Positions 28,244-37,351 of a stretch of DNA of 64,000 nt are shown here, one piece after another (positions within the stretch are counted from its first letter, which is position 1; each line of letters starts with the position of its first letter). This DNA comes from Myxococcota bacterium (lineage in GTDB: Bacteria; Myxococcota_A; UBA796; CAJQPC01): contig DASCPX010000070.1 in the NCBI GenBank assembly GCA_036012755.1, forward strand, positions 96,001-160,000. The letters are read 5' to 3'. Both the position numbers and the translations under genes were made by a program. The notes beneath the pieces were generated by a model. That model was not told the DNA's origin. It saw only the letters and a program-made list of their open reading frames with translations, and did no database searches.

Positions 28244-28638
28244 TCGTGCTGCTGGCCTGCGTGGGCACACCGGACTCGGGGGGGAGCGCCGCCCCGGACG
28301 ACAGCACCGCAGAGGGGCTCGATGTCGCAGGTGACTGGCTCGACGTCGACTCGGGCCTGTACGTGATCAAGAACGAGACCTGGCGCTACCAGGCCTTCGA
28401 AGACACCTGGAGCGACGACGAAATCATGAGCTATGACAACGCGTTGGGGTACGTCATCGCCCAGAATGATCCCGACCACGAGCCGAACGCCGCGCTCTTC
28501 AGTCGCTACGACTTCAAGGCCGTCGATGGCTTCTGGAACTACTGCCACTCGACCGACGAGGCCCAGAGCGCAGAGGTCGCGGAGGCGGCCTCGGCTCCCG
28601 CGGACTGTGCCTGGATCGAGCTGATCCCCTCGATCTGA
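28240..28638 (+). CDS. Small hypothetical lipoprotein
   Basis: GTGA overlap; MIVLLAC. Confidence 0.7.
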   Translation: MIVLLACVGTPDSGGSAAPDDSTAEGLDVAGDWLDVDSGLYVIKNETWRYQAFEDTWSDDEIMSYDNALGYVIAQNDPDHEPNAALFSRYDFKAVDGFWNYCHSTDEAQSAEVAEAASAPADCAWIELIPSI

Positions 28639-28639
28639 T

Positions 28640-29194
28640 CTAGAGGAAGGCCACGAACAGCGCCGTGAGCGCCGCCTGGAAGGCCGCTGCGAGGAGGAAG
28701 GCCTTCGTACGCGAGCGCACGAATGACCCCAGCATCAGGCCGATCATCGTGCTCTCGACGATGTTGATGAAGGTGAGGGTCACCAGCCCCGCGAGGCCCA
28801 TGTCCGCAAACGGCATCAGGGCGGGGATGAGGTTGTGGAGGATGGCCCAGGTCCCGAGGCTTCCGATGGTGGCGGCGATGAAGGGGTCCGCTGGGATGTT
28901 GCCCTCGCCGCGGGGGATGAGGACCTTCGGCTTCAGCCGCCCGATGGTGACCACGCAGGCACCGGCGAGGACGCCGTAGGCTATGCCCCCGGCCCAGAAG
29001 CCGTCGAGCAGGCCAGGGAAGAGGCCGAGGAGCTCCGCCCCGAAGGGCAGCACGGCGTAGGCGGTGAGGAAGGAGAGCCCCAGCCAGGCGGCGGTCGCCT
29101 TCTGGAGCTGCCGCGGCTTGGGCACCAGGTAGTGGCGCTCGATGATGGCAGCGTCGGGGATCCCTCGCTGGAAGACGACTGGGGTGTTGGCCAT
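28640..29194 (-). CDS. Hypothetical membrane protein
   Basis: About five hydrophobic segments. Confidence 0.7.
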   Translation of the reverse strand: MANTPVVFQRGIPDAAIIERHYLVPKPRQLQKATAAWLGLSFLTAYAVLPFGAELLGLFPGLLDGFWAGGIAYGVLAGACVVTIGRLKPKVLIPRGEGNIPADPFIAATIGSLGTWAILHNLIPALMPFADMGLAGLVTLTFINIVESTMIGLMLGSFVRSRTKAFLLAAAFQAALTALFVAFL

Positions 29195-29260
29195 GGCAGT
29201 TCCGACAGCTGTCGCGCGTGCGCGTTCCGAGCACGGTACGCGCGGCGCCTGCCGGATCTT

Positions 29261-29809
29261 TCACTCTCGGCTGCGCTGCTTCCTCTTTCGCTTCTTCTTG
29301 AAGCTCCAGGTGAAGGTGAAGCGGGCGACCTCGACGCCGTCGGGGTTCGTCCCGATGGTCTCGGCGGTGCACTCGACGGACTCCCCGGTAGCCAACGCAG
29401 TTGCCACGGCCTGGGCCATCTCTGCGCCGGCCCTGCACGTGAAGGTCGTGAGATCGGTAGCCTTCTTCACGAACTGGCCCTCCATGCGGACGATCAGGAT
29501 GGAGATCGGCTCGGGGGCTGCCTCGACCACGCTCAGGCCGAGGGCGCCGGTGGACATCTCGGCGGCCATCGACAGGGCGGCGAAGTAGGTCGAGCGAAAG
29601 GGGTTCGTTGTCAGCCAGCGGTAGGGCACGCTGACGGCGCAGTGGTCCGCGTCGAAGCTGCGGATCCGCAGCCCCGCGATGAGCGCCAGGGGCAGCTTGG
29701 CCAGCATGTACGCGGACAGCAGGGCCGGGCTGAGCATCTTGTCGCGGAGCGCCTGGACCTCTGCGCTGTCGGTGTCGAAGCGCGGTTCGTCTCGCTCGGG
29801 GTTGGTCAC
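29261..29809 (-). CDS. DUF4442/hot-dog-fold thioesterase-like protein
   Basis: GTG start at 29809; KLPLALIAGLRI, NPFRSTYFAALSMAAEMSTG, FTWSFK. Confidence 0.8.
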   Translation of the reverse strand: MTNPERDEPRFDTDSAEVQALRDKMLSPALLSAYMLAKLPLALIAGLRIRSFDADHCAVSVPYRWLTTNPFRSTYFAALSMAAEMSTGALGLSVVEAAPEPISILIVRMEGQFVKKATDLTTFTCRAGAEMAQAVATALATGESVECTAETIGTNPDGVEVARFTFTWSFKKKRKRKQRSRE

Positions 29810-30630
29810 CAAGGGGCCTCCGGGAGGACGAGCTCGCGCTCGCAACGCCTGGTGGCGTTTGCCCAGGCGATCTCGTCGTCGGTGTAGGGCGTCGGAGAGG
29901 TCTGTATCTCGAAGAGGATGTACTGCTCGACGGCGACGCGGACGGCGTCCCCGTAGGGGTTGTCCGTGCGGCTGATCCAGTAGTCGAGGATCGCGCGGCG
30001 GCGCTCTTCGGGGGTCTCGTAGGGAGGCACGTCGTGCCAGGCGTCGGTGCCCTCGTACCAGATGCCGTCGAGCCAGTCTGGCAGGTCCTCGTAGACCTTC
30101 TTTGCGAGCTCGCGTCCGGCGACCGCGTCCCCGTAGTCGGCGACGAGCCCCCCGGCTGCGCCGGCGACTCGCTCCTTGTCCTGCTCGATGAGCTGGGGAC
30201 GCACGGTCCACGAGCCGAGGCTGACGCAGGCGAGGGGGTTCACGAGGCAGGGGGTCCACTCGACGACCGGGACCCCTTCCCACCACGCGCCTCGGATGGT
30301 CCTCGGCTTCTGGATGTGGGGGTTGCGCTTCCGGATGTACATCCAGCCGTCATCGTGGATGACCACCGTGTTTCGCCAGCCCGTGTCGTGGTGGTAGAAG
30401 ACGCGGTCGCCCTTTCGCCTGGCCGAGTAGCCCATCGCGATGAGCTCTTTGGCGATGGCGTTCCGGGCCTCCGCCACCGCGGCGTCGTCGCTGACCAGGA
30501 TCTGGAGTTCGGGCACGTTGAAGGCGAGGCCGTCGTAGACGACCTCGTCGCCCATCCGTGTCTCTTCGGCGTCGAGGTCGGCGGCCTCCGGGAGCTCCCC
30601 TGCGAGCGCGATGGTCAGACAGAGCCACAC
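29806..30630 (-). CDS. Hypothetical secreted protein
   Basis: MWLCLTIALA signal peptide; 274-aa ORF. Confidence 0.65.
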   Translation of the reverse strand: MWLCLTIALAGELPEAADLDAEETRMGDEVVYDGLAFNVPELQILVSDDAAVAEARNAIAKELIAMGYSARRKGDRVFYHHDTGWRNTVVIHDDGWMYIRKRNPHIQKPRTIRGAWWEGVPVVEWTPCLVNPLACVSLGSWTVRPQLIEQDKERVAGAAGGLVADYGDAVAGRELAKKVYEDLPDWLDGIWYEGTDAWHDVPPYETPEERRRAILDYWISRTDNPYGDAVRVAVEQYILFEIQTSPTPYTDDEIAWANATRRCERELVLPEAPW

Positions 30631-30731
30631 GCCATCAAGCTAACGCGAGCGATTCCGAAGGACTGTGAAGACCTCGAAGGACCAGGCGGCGCCTGCGTCA
30701 GCTCCCGTGAACCCCAGGCACTGGAGCCACC

Positions 30732-30986
30732 ATGTTCAGCACCCTCGTTGTCCTCTCCGCTCTCTCCATGACCGCCGACGCCCACAACCCGCCGCAGCTC
30801 TCGAGGGACTGCTTGGAGGACGTTCGCGACCGTCGCGAGGACCGCCTCGACCGGGCAGAGGACATCCGCGACGCCCGGACCTTCACCGGCCCCGCGGACC
30901 TGCGCGAAGACCGCCTCGATCGGCTGGAGGACATCCGCGACCTGAAGGAGGACCGCCGCGACCGGTTGACCGGCCGCTGCAGCTAG
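30732..30986 (+). CDS. Small secreted protein with (R/L)EDRxDR charged repeats
   Basis: GGAG RBS; signal peptide; two Cys flank a duplicated REDRLDRxEDIRD. Confidence 0.65.
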   Translation: MFSTLVVLSALSMTADAHNPPQLSRDCLEDVRDRREDRLDRAEDIRDARTFTGPADLREDRLDRLEDIRDLKEDRRDRLTGRCS

Positions 30987-31018
30987 AGTCGTGGTGGGTC
31001 GGCAGGCCGACCTCGTGG

Positions 31019-32755
31019 TCACGGGCCCACGACCACCACCCTGTCCGGCCAGGACCACACCATCGCGTCCCCGATCTGCTTCACCGTCACCGGGGCGCCC
31101 GAGGCGTGGATCAACCGCAGGTGGCAGCACCGACACAGGGTGATCTGCCGCTCCGGGTCGTCATCGCTCCCCTTGGAGCGCCACCAGACGTGGTGCGCCT
31201 CCACCGTCGAGGACCGGCGTCCGCACTCGGGGTTCTGGCAGGTGTAGCGGTCGCGCTCCTTGACCTGTCCCGAGACCCCCTTTCCGCGAGGCTCCGGCAC
31301 CGTGTCCAGGAACCACCGAGCCGCCTCCACGAGGTCCGGGTCCACAGGCAGGTAGTGGGGGGTCTTGCGCCCTCGAGCAGCGACGCGGCCCAGATCCCCG
31401 AAGGCGATCCTGGTGACACGACCGCCGGTTTCTGTCGCGCTGGGGGCACCGCCGGTTTCTGTCGCCTCGCCACCGCCGCCGGAGAGGCCGCCGGTTTCTG
31501 TCGCGCTGGTGGCACCGCCGGTTTCTGTCGCCTCGGGGACAGCGCTGCTCGGAGGCCCGCCGTGCTCCGCCGGCTCCGCTGTCTTCGCGAGCGCCGGTGC
31601 CGCACTGAGCCGGCGCCGACACTCCGCCAGCACCCGCCGGCTTCCCCGCTCGATGACGTGGTCGCCCACCTCTGCCAGCATGCGGGCTCCCAGACAGCGG
31701 CAGACCCCGATCCAGTCCCGAGCCTCGCGACCGCTCTGGGCGATGCCACCCACGAAGCAGGCCCGGTCCAGATCCAGGCCCTCGGCGACCGCGGCTCGGA
31801 TCTCGGGGTGCATGTCGAAGGTCTGACCCAGCTTGCGGTAGCGCTCCAGGCTCCGCTGGCTCACCCCGACGACCTGGGTGGCGAAGGCGTCGAGGGTGTC
31901 GAAGCCCATGTCGAAGTGGAGTCCCTGTCGGACCACCGTCTCGGCCAGCTGCCCCAGGGCCGCGACGCGGCCATCCCGAACGGCCACCAGGGCGTCGAGG
32001 AGCTCGAGGGCGTGCCAGGGATCTCGCGGCTCTGTCCACGGGCCCAGCAGGGACGTGGCCGGATCCGGGGTCTCGCACCACGAGGGGCTGAACTCGAGCC
32101 TGGGCCGCGGCACTCGGGCGTCTGCCCGTATCTGCTCGGCGCTCCGCCCCTGTCTCCAGCAGGCCAGGATGTAGCGGTCGACCTCTCTCGATGGAAGGTG
32201 CGCGCCCAAGTACAGCCGCGCCCTCCGCCGGGCCTGCTGGATGTCGGCCACGTCCTGCCCGAAGACGAAGACCCGGAAGCCGTCGTCTTCGCCGCCGCGA
32301 TCGATGCCGGTGGGGCAGCGTCGAGAGACCAGCCCCGCCCGAGCCCTGGACAGCCACTCGAGCTGGTCGACTACCTCGACCCTGCCCGGGGCCAACAGCG
32401 CGATCGAGAGGGGGATCAGGCCGCTGGAGGCCGCCTCCTTCACCAGCTCCAGCGGGCTCCCCACCAGCCGCAGCAGGTCTCGGAGCTGGCTCGTGCGCCA
32501 GGGGACCCGCTCCTTGCAGAAGGCGGTGAAGCTGGAGTAGCCGAGCCTCGCGACGTCGTTGGCCCTGATCCAGCCGATGAGACGGGCCAGCCGAAGGTCG
32601 ATGGCGGCGCCCTCTGTGGCCAGCTGCTCGACGGTCCCTCGCAGCTCCGCTAGCCGATCAGCTCGAGGGTGGAGCGGCCACGGCCCCAGCAGCGCGGCGA
32701 TCACGGGGGATCGCAGCGCGGCAGGAGTGACGGTGGGGTCTTCTGGCGAGAGCAC
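31019..32755 (-). CDS. HNH endonuclease with long helical N-terminus (DUF222-like architecture); start uncertain
   Basis: RDRYTCQNPEC..EAHHVWWRSKG..NxITLC-type segment (QITLCRCCH)..IH; two GxxSF/TL helical units upstream. Confidence 0.8.
   Translation of the reverse strand: MLSPEDPTVTPAALRSPVIAALLGPWPLHPRADRLAELRGTVEQLATEGAAIDLRLARLIGWIRANDVARLGYSSFTAFCKERVPWRTSQLRDLLRLVGSPLELVKEAASSGLIPLSIALLAPGRVEVVDQLEWLSRARAGLVSRRCPTGIDRGGEDDGFRVFVFGQDVADIQQARRRARLYLGAHLPSREVDRYILACWRQGRSAEQIRADARVPRPRLEFSPSWCETPDPATSLLGPWTEPRDPWHALELLDALVAVRDGRVAALGQLAETVVRQGLHFDMGFDTLDAFATQVVGVSQRSLERYRKLGQTFDMHPEIRAAVAEGLDLDRACFVGGIAQSGREARDWIGVCRCLGARMLAEVGDHVIERGSRRVLAECRRRLSAAPALAKTAEPAEHGGPPSSAVPEATETGGATSATETGGLSGGGGEATETGGAPSATETGGRVTRIAFGDLGRVAARGRKTPHYLPVDPDLVEAARWFLDTVPEPRGKGVSGQVKERDRYTCQNPECGRRSSTVEAHHVWWRSKGSDDDPERQITLCRCCHLRLIHASGAPVTVKQIGDAMVWSWPDRVVVVGP
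31422..31531 (+). repeat. Four copies of CCGCCGGTTTCTGTCGC (coding ATETGG on the minus strand)
   Basis: Copies start at 31422, 31449, 31488 and 31515 (spacings 27/39/27). Confidence 0.9.
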
Positions 32756-32884
32756 CAGTGCATGTATCGAGGGGGTAGGCCAGAAACTGTCCGGCCCGCG
32801 AGGCGTGGAGCGAAAGCGGCGAAGGGGCTTTCCGCCGGCGCTTCGCCCGCCCGTCGCGCGGTGGGCGGCTGTTAGGCTCCACCA

Positions 32885-34771
32885 GTGCGCCTCGCTGTCG
32901 CCGCTTCGCTGACCCTCCTGCTGTCCGCGTGCATCACGGCCCCGGCCGGCTACCAGGCGCTCGTGCGCGACGTCGTCGACACGGACGGTGACGGCTACGC
33001 CGAGGAAGGCCTCGAGGAGCGGGGCGCGGAGCTCGGGCTGGAGCCCGGGGACTGTGACGACGAGGATCCCGACGTCAACCCTGGCGCCGACGAGGTGCTC
33101 TACGACGGCGTCGACGACGACTGCGACGCTTTCACCAGCGACAGCGACGGCGACGGTGACGGCTTCGACGCCATCGAGGTCGACGGTGACGACTGCGACG
33201 ACACCGATCCGAGCGTCAATCCGGCCGCTGATGAGAGCTGGTACGACGGCGTCGATCAGGACTGCACCGGCGGCAGCGACTACGACGCCGACGGAGACGG
33301 AGAGGACCACATCGACCACGGCGGGGCGGACTGCGACGATGACGACCCGGAGGTCACCGGGGCCTTCACCTTCTACGAGGACCTCGACGGCGACGGATAC
33401 GGCACCACCGAGATCCTCGCCTGCGCGCAACCCGCGGACAGCGCCCAGCTCGACGGGGACTGCGACGACTCGACCTCCGAGCGCGCCCCGGACCTCGACG
33501 AGGAGTGCGACGACGGGCTCGACAACGACTGCGACGACACGACGACCTGCCGGTGGGACGGAGATGTGTTGCTCGACCACGGCGTGCGGCTCAGCGGGGA
33601 CGCCGGGTCTGGGTTCGGGAATGGCGTCGCCCCATTGGGGGATGTCGACGGCGACGGTGTGGCCGACTTCATCCTCGGGGCGCCGAACGAGGGTCACGGC
33701 TGCGCGCACATCTACCGGGGGGGCACGCGCGCACCGACTTCACCTTGGCGCTCCATTTGCGATGAGGGGAGCGAATACGAGTTCGCCTATTCAGTAGGCG
33801 GCGGGCGGGATGCCGACCTGGACGGGGCGAACGAGTATCTGGTGGGGGAGAGTAGCGGCGCCGTCTACCTCTACGATGGGGCATCCGGTACCGAAGTGGC
33901 CGTGTTCGGCTCGGTTCAAATGGGCAGGCCAAGCTTGATCCAGTCTCTGTCGGGGGCTCCTTACCCAGACCTCCTGACGGGCGACTCGTTTGGGATGGAC
34001 GTGGGCGGCCACGTGTACCTGTTTCAGGGCATGGAGGGCGGTTGGTCTGGGAGCTACACCGAGAGCGATGCTATCGCCGTGATGCGAGACGAAGAGGCTG
34101 GACTCTTCGCCGCCACCTTCGGGACGGCTGACCTGAGCGGTGACGGGCTGCCCGATGTCGCGGTTGGCGACCCGGACGCAGATGCCGGGGGCTTCGATGC
34201 CGGGGCGGTGTTCGTCTTCGAGGGGCCCGTGGAGTCCACGCTTGGGCCCGCCGATGCTTCCACCAGCTTGCTCGGTGAGGACGCTGGAGACAAGGCGGGA
34301 AGTGGCATCTGTGCGGGAGATCTCGATGGCGATGGAGCTGCCGACCTGGTTGTGACTGGACTCGGTGCCAGTGCCGGCACGACCTGGGTTCTGATGAGCG
34401 CCGACCAGCCTGATGAGCTGGCGGATGCAGGACTCCGTGTCGAGGCGTCCTCAGCAGACGAGGGAGTTGGGTACGGCTGCGCTGTCGGCGACTTCGACGG
34501 CGACGGGGCCGCTGATCTCGCGCTGGGCACGCCGGCCAACGGTGCGGGTGGTAGCTACGCCGGAGGCCTCCTCGTGGTCTGGGGGCCCGCGTCGGGGACC
34601 GCACTCCCCGGAACCACGCTCGCTGGGGACACACCGGGGGAGCTTGCGGGCTTCCGCGCCGCAAACCTGGGGGATTTCGACGGCGACGGCACGGATGACC
34701 TGCTGCTCACCGCGACGGCGAGCTCTGAGGCGGACGGCGCGGTGTATCTCATCTTCGGGCGGGGTTTGTAG
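32885..34771 (+). CDS. Lipoprotein with MopE-type repeats and an FG-GAP/integrin-alpha beta-propeller
   Basis: LLLSAC lipobox; DCDD..PGA.E..YDG.D repeats; GDxDGDGxxD..GAP and GAVY repeats. Confidence 0.85.
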   Translation: MRLAVAASLTLLLSACITAPAGYQALVRDVVDTDGDGYAEEGLEERGAELGLEPGDCDDEDPDVNPGADEVLYDGVDDDCDAFTSDSDGDGDGFDAIEVDGDDCDDTDPSVNPAADESWYDGVDQDCTGGSDYDADGDGEDHIDHGGADCDDDDPEVTGAFTFYEDLDGDGYGTTEILACAQPADSAQLDGDCDDSTSERAPDLDEECDDGLDNDCDDTTTCRWDGDVLLDHGVRLSGDAGSGFGNGVAPLGDVDGDGVADFILGAPNEGHGCAHIYRGGTRAPTSPWRSICDEGSEYEFAYSVGGGRDADLDGANEYLVGESSGAVYLYDGASGTEVAVFGSVQMGRPSLIQSLSGAPYPDLLTGDSFGMDVGGHVYLFQGMEGGWSGSYTESDAIAVMRDEEAGLFAATFGTADLSGDGLPDVAVGDPDADAGGFDAGAVFVFEGPVESTLGPADASTSLLGEDAGDKAGSGICAGDLDGDGAADLVVTGLGASAGTTWVLMSADQPDELADAGLRVEASSADEGVGYGCAVGDFDGDGAADLALGTPANGAGGSYAGGLLVVWGPASGTALPGTTLAGDTPGELAGFRAANLGDFDGDGTDDLLLTATASSEADGAVYLIFGRGL

Positions 34772-34795
34772 GGACCATCCGGCCCGGCGCGGCAG

Positions 34796-35656
34796 CTATC
34801 TCACAGAGGTGTAGACCAACAGACGCGCCGGCTTGGCGTCCTCGCCGAAGTCGACGCAGACGAGGTCCGGGTGGAGGTAGTCCTCGAAGTCCCAGCCGCT
34901 CCGAAGCGCGGATAGGTGTGCATTCGCGGCGAGTCCGAGGTCGAGGCGGATCTGGTCCACGCCCTGCCAGGCCAGGCTGGCTGTCTCGGGCCGGTGGGAC
35001 TCGGGCATCCACATGAGCTTGTCACCGCCTCGGCCTCCAGCGGTGACCCGGCGACCCCAGAGATAGCGCCGGTTCTCGAAGAAGGGATTCCAAGGCAGGC
35101 GGTCTCGCCAGTCCACGAGGACCTCGGGCACCTGCCGAAAGTCACCCGGGCGATCCTCGGCCATCCAGTAGTCCTTGGCCGCAACGATGGCGTCGTCGCG
35201 GATGTCCAGGCAGACCGCGACCGGTCGCCAGCCTTCTGGCCGAGGGGGTGGCTGGTGGCCAGCCAGCGCGAAGACCGCGTCGATCAGCTCGGCATCATCG
35301 AGCTCCTCGAAGTACAGCCCGATCCGGTCGAGGCGGCCGTTGCGGTACTTGAAGGAGGCGGTCGTCTGGACAGCGCCGGGAGGGGACAGGGCCAGAAAGG
35401 CTGCTGTGACTCGTAGACCGAGAGTCTCTAGACGCTCACGAAAAGCGCTGGGCTCACCCTTGTCATTGAGCGACCAGCGCACCTCGCTGTCGCCGCAGGC
35501 GAAGGAGACGTCGAACTTGAAGCGCCGGGCCTCGCGGCTGGCCACATCCCAGTCGATGAAGCTGGTGTCGGGTACCGAGGCGAGGACGCGCTCGATGGCT
35601 TCGCGCGGGACCGGGTGCTCGGGGCGGTGGTCGGGTCCCCGAGAGCTGGAGGCCAT
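34796..35656 (-). CDS. Hypothetical protein, ABBA (PT-barrel) prenyltransferase-like
   Basis: 286 aa with five beta-hairpins separated by helices, ending in K/R-x-Y/W strands (RIGLYFE, AKDYW, DKLMW, RLLVY). Fold inferred by eye. Confidence 0.5.
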   Translation of the reverse strand: MASSSRGPDHRPEHPVPREAIERVLASVPDTSFIDWDVASREARRFKFDVSFACGDSEVRWSLNDKGEPSAFRERLETLGLRVTAAFLALSPPGAVQTTASFKYRNGRLDRIGLYFEELDDAELIDAVFALAGHQPPPRPEGWRPVAVCLDIRDDAIVAAKDYWMAEDRPGDFRQVPEVLVDWRDRLPWNPFFENRRYLWGRRVTAGGRGGDKLMWMPESHRPETASLAWQGVDQIRLDLGLAANAHLSALRSGWDFEDYLHPDLVCVDFGEDAKPARLLVYTSVR

Positions 35657-35708
35657 TGGTCCTCGGCGCGTGGTCTTCCCGACGATAGCGCGGCGGTAGG
35701 CTCCGACA

Positions 35709-37346
35709 ATGGCGAAGCCCCCTCACCACCTCGGACCAGCGGTCCCGGTCGGAAGCCATGCTGGGGTCCAGGTCTTCAGGGTGGAGACAGGCTTCGTCAA
35801 GTGCTTCGACGAGCCATCCCGCTGCCGGCGGGAGCTCGCGGTCCTTCGCGACCCGCCGCCCTGCGTCGTGCCGGATCTCCTCGAGGCAGGCGACGACTGG
35901 CTCATGACCGCCGATGTCAGGGCCGGACGCGACCCGCGGGTGCGGCGGGTGGAGGCCCTCGTCGAGGCGGCTCGGGTCCTCGCCCGGGTCCACGGCCACC
36001 GGGTGTCGGGCAGCCTCCCTGCCGCGGAGCACATGCGCAACCTGGACGCGCGGGTTCACAGCGCCGGTGTGCAGGGTGTCTTCTCGGGGTTCATCGGCGT
36101 CGGGGACGCCTTCTGTCATCACGATCTGCACGCCTCGAACTGGATCATGGAAGGGGGGCGACCCGTCGGGTTGCTGGACTGGGCCAGCTCGGGACACGGC
36201 GACCCCGAAGAGGATCTCGCCCGCCTGCTGCGCGGCTCGTCGTCCGATGTCGAAGTCGCCGTGATCGCCGCCTGGGAGAGAGAGGGGCAGCGCGCTCTGG
36301 ACCGTCGGAGGCTGCGGGCCTACGCGGCGCTGTTGGCTAGCGAGGAAGGAGGGGTCGCCCCAGCCCTCGAGGGTGCTCCCTTCCACGGTCAGCGCAGGAC
36401 CGTCCGTTGCGTGGACAAGGAGGAGCACCCCGCCCTGCGCTGGCTCCCGATCTCGGCACCGGCGATCGAGGTCGCGCTGGAGAGGGAAGGTCTCCGCGAC
36501 GCCCAGGTGGTCTCCAGCTTCGCCGCTCACGCCTGCAACGACGTGCTCCGCATTCGCTGGCAGGACCGGGACCTGATCCTGAAGGTCTACAACAAGCCAG
36601 TCGAGACCTGGCTCTTCGAGCTCGAACGAGGGCTCGCCAAGGTACTGGAGCAGACGGCTGCCTGTGTCCCGGCACCGCTCGCGCTCCCAAGTGGCGGACA
36701 CCTCCTACGCATCGGCCCGCGCCTCGCCGCGGTCTACCCGGACTGTGGGGACGAGCGTCCCGACCTCTCCGCGGCTTGCTTGAGGCGTCTGGCCATGGCC
36801 CAGGCCGCCTTCGTCTCCGCCGAGTCGATGAGCGTGCCACTTGCGGGCCTGCCTGATCCGGCGGTGGACCGATGGACCGGTGGTGGGCTGTCCGAAGACA
36901 CTCGCGGGCGCCTGGCGGCCATCCTGGAGCGCACTCGGGAAGCCTCCGTGGGTCTACCTGTCTCGACGATCCATGGCTCCTTCCATCGGGATCACACGAG
37001 CCTGATGGCGGACGGGCGAGTCGCCATCTTCGACCTGGAGAAGGCTCGGCGCGGCCCGAGGATCGTCGACGTCGTGAACACGGCCTACCACCTGGGCTAC
37101 CGCAACAACGACGAGCGCCTCGAACCACGCCTGATGGTCTTCTACCTCTGCGAGGTCCATCGTCACCTGCGGCTCGGTGCCGAGGAGATCGAGCGGATCC
37201 CGAACCTGCTGTTGCGTGCCTTCGTTCTGGACCTGGCGGCTGTCGGGGCCTCGCCGGCGCACCTGTCTTCACACCTGCGGCTCACCTTCGAGTTCGAGGC
37301 CAACGTGCACAACATCGCGAGATCGCTCGACCGCTACCTCGACTGA
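35709..37346 (+). CDS. Tandem APH/choline-kinase-like phosphotransferase (second domain degenerate)
   Basis: Domain 1: HHDLHASN, LLDW. Domain 2: ILKVY, HGSFHRDH, IFDLE. Confidence 0.8.
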   Translation: MAKPPHHLGPAVPVGSHAGVQVFRVETGFVKCFDEPSRCRRELAVLRDPPPCVVPDLLEAGDDWLMTADVRAGRDPRVRRVEALVEAARVLARVHGHRVSGSLPAAEHMRNLDARVHSAGVQGVFSGFIGVGDAFCHHDLHASNWIMEGGRPVGLLDWASSGHGDPEEDLARLLRGSSSDVEVAVIAAWEREGQRALDRRRLRAYAALLASEEGGVAPALEGAPFHGQRRTVRCVDKEEHPALRWLPISAPAIEVALEREGLRDAQVVSSFAAHACNDVLRIRWQDRDLILKVYNKPVETWLFELERGLAKVLEQTAACVPAPLALPSGGHLLRIGPRLAAVYPDCGDERPDLSAACLRRLAMAQAAFVSAESMSVPLAGLPDPAVDRWTGGGLSEDTRGRLAAILERTREASVGLPVSTIHGSFHRDHTSLMADGRVAIFDLEKARRGPRIVDVVNTAYHLGYRNNDERLEPRLMVFYLCEVHRHLRLGAEEIERIPNLLLRAFVLDLAAVGASPAHLSSHLRLTFEFEANVHNIARSLDRYLD

Positions 37347-37351
37347 GTCGC

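Noticed and set aside
30732..30986. Small repeat peptide as a RiPP precursor for the radical SAM or prenyltransferase
   Set aside because: It has an ordinary signal peptide and a charged helical repeat, and lies several kb from either enzyme with unrelated genes between.
31422..31531. Repeated 17-mer as a mini CRISPR array
   Set aside because: The gaps are only 10-22 bp, two are near-identical, all spacings are multiples of 3 within a coding linker, and there are no cas genes.
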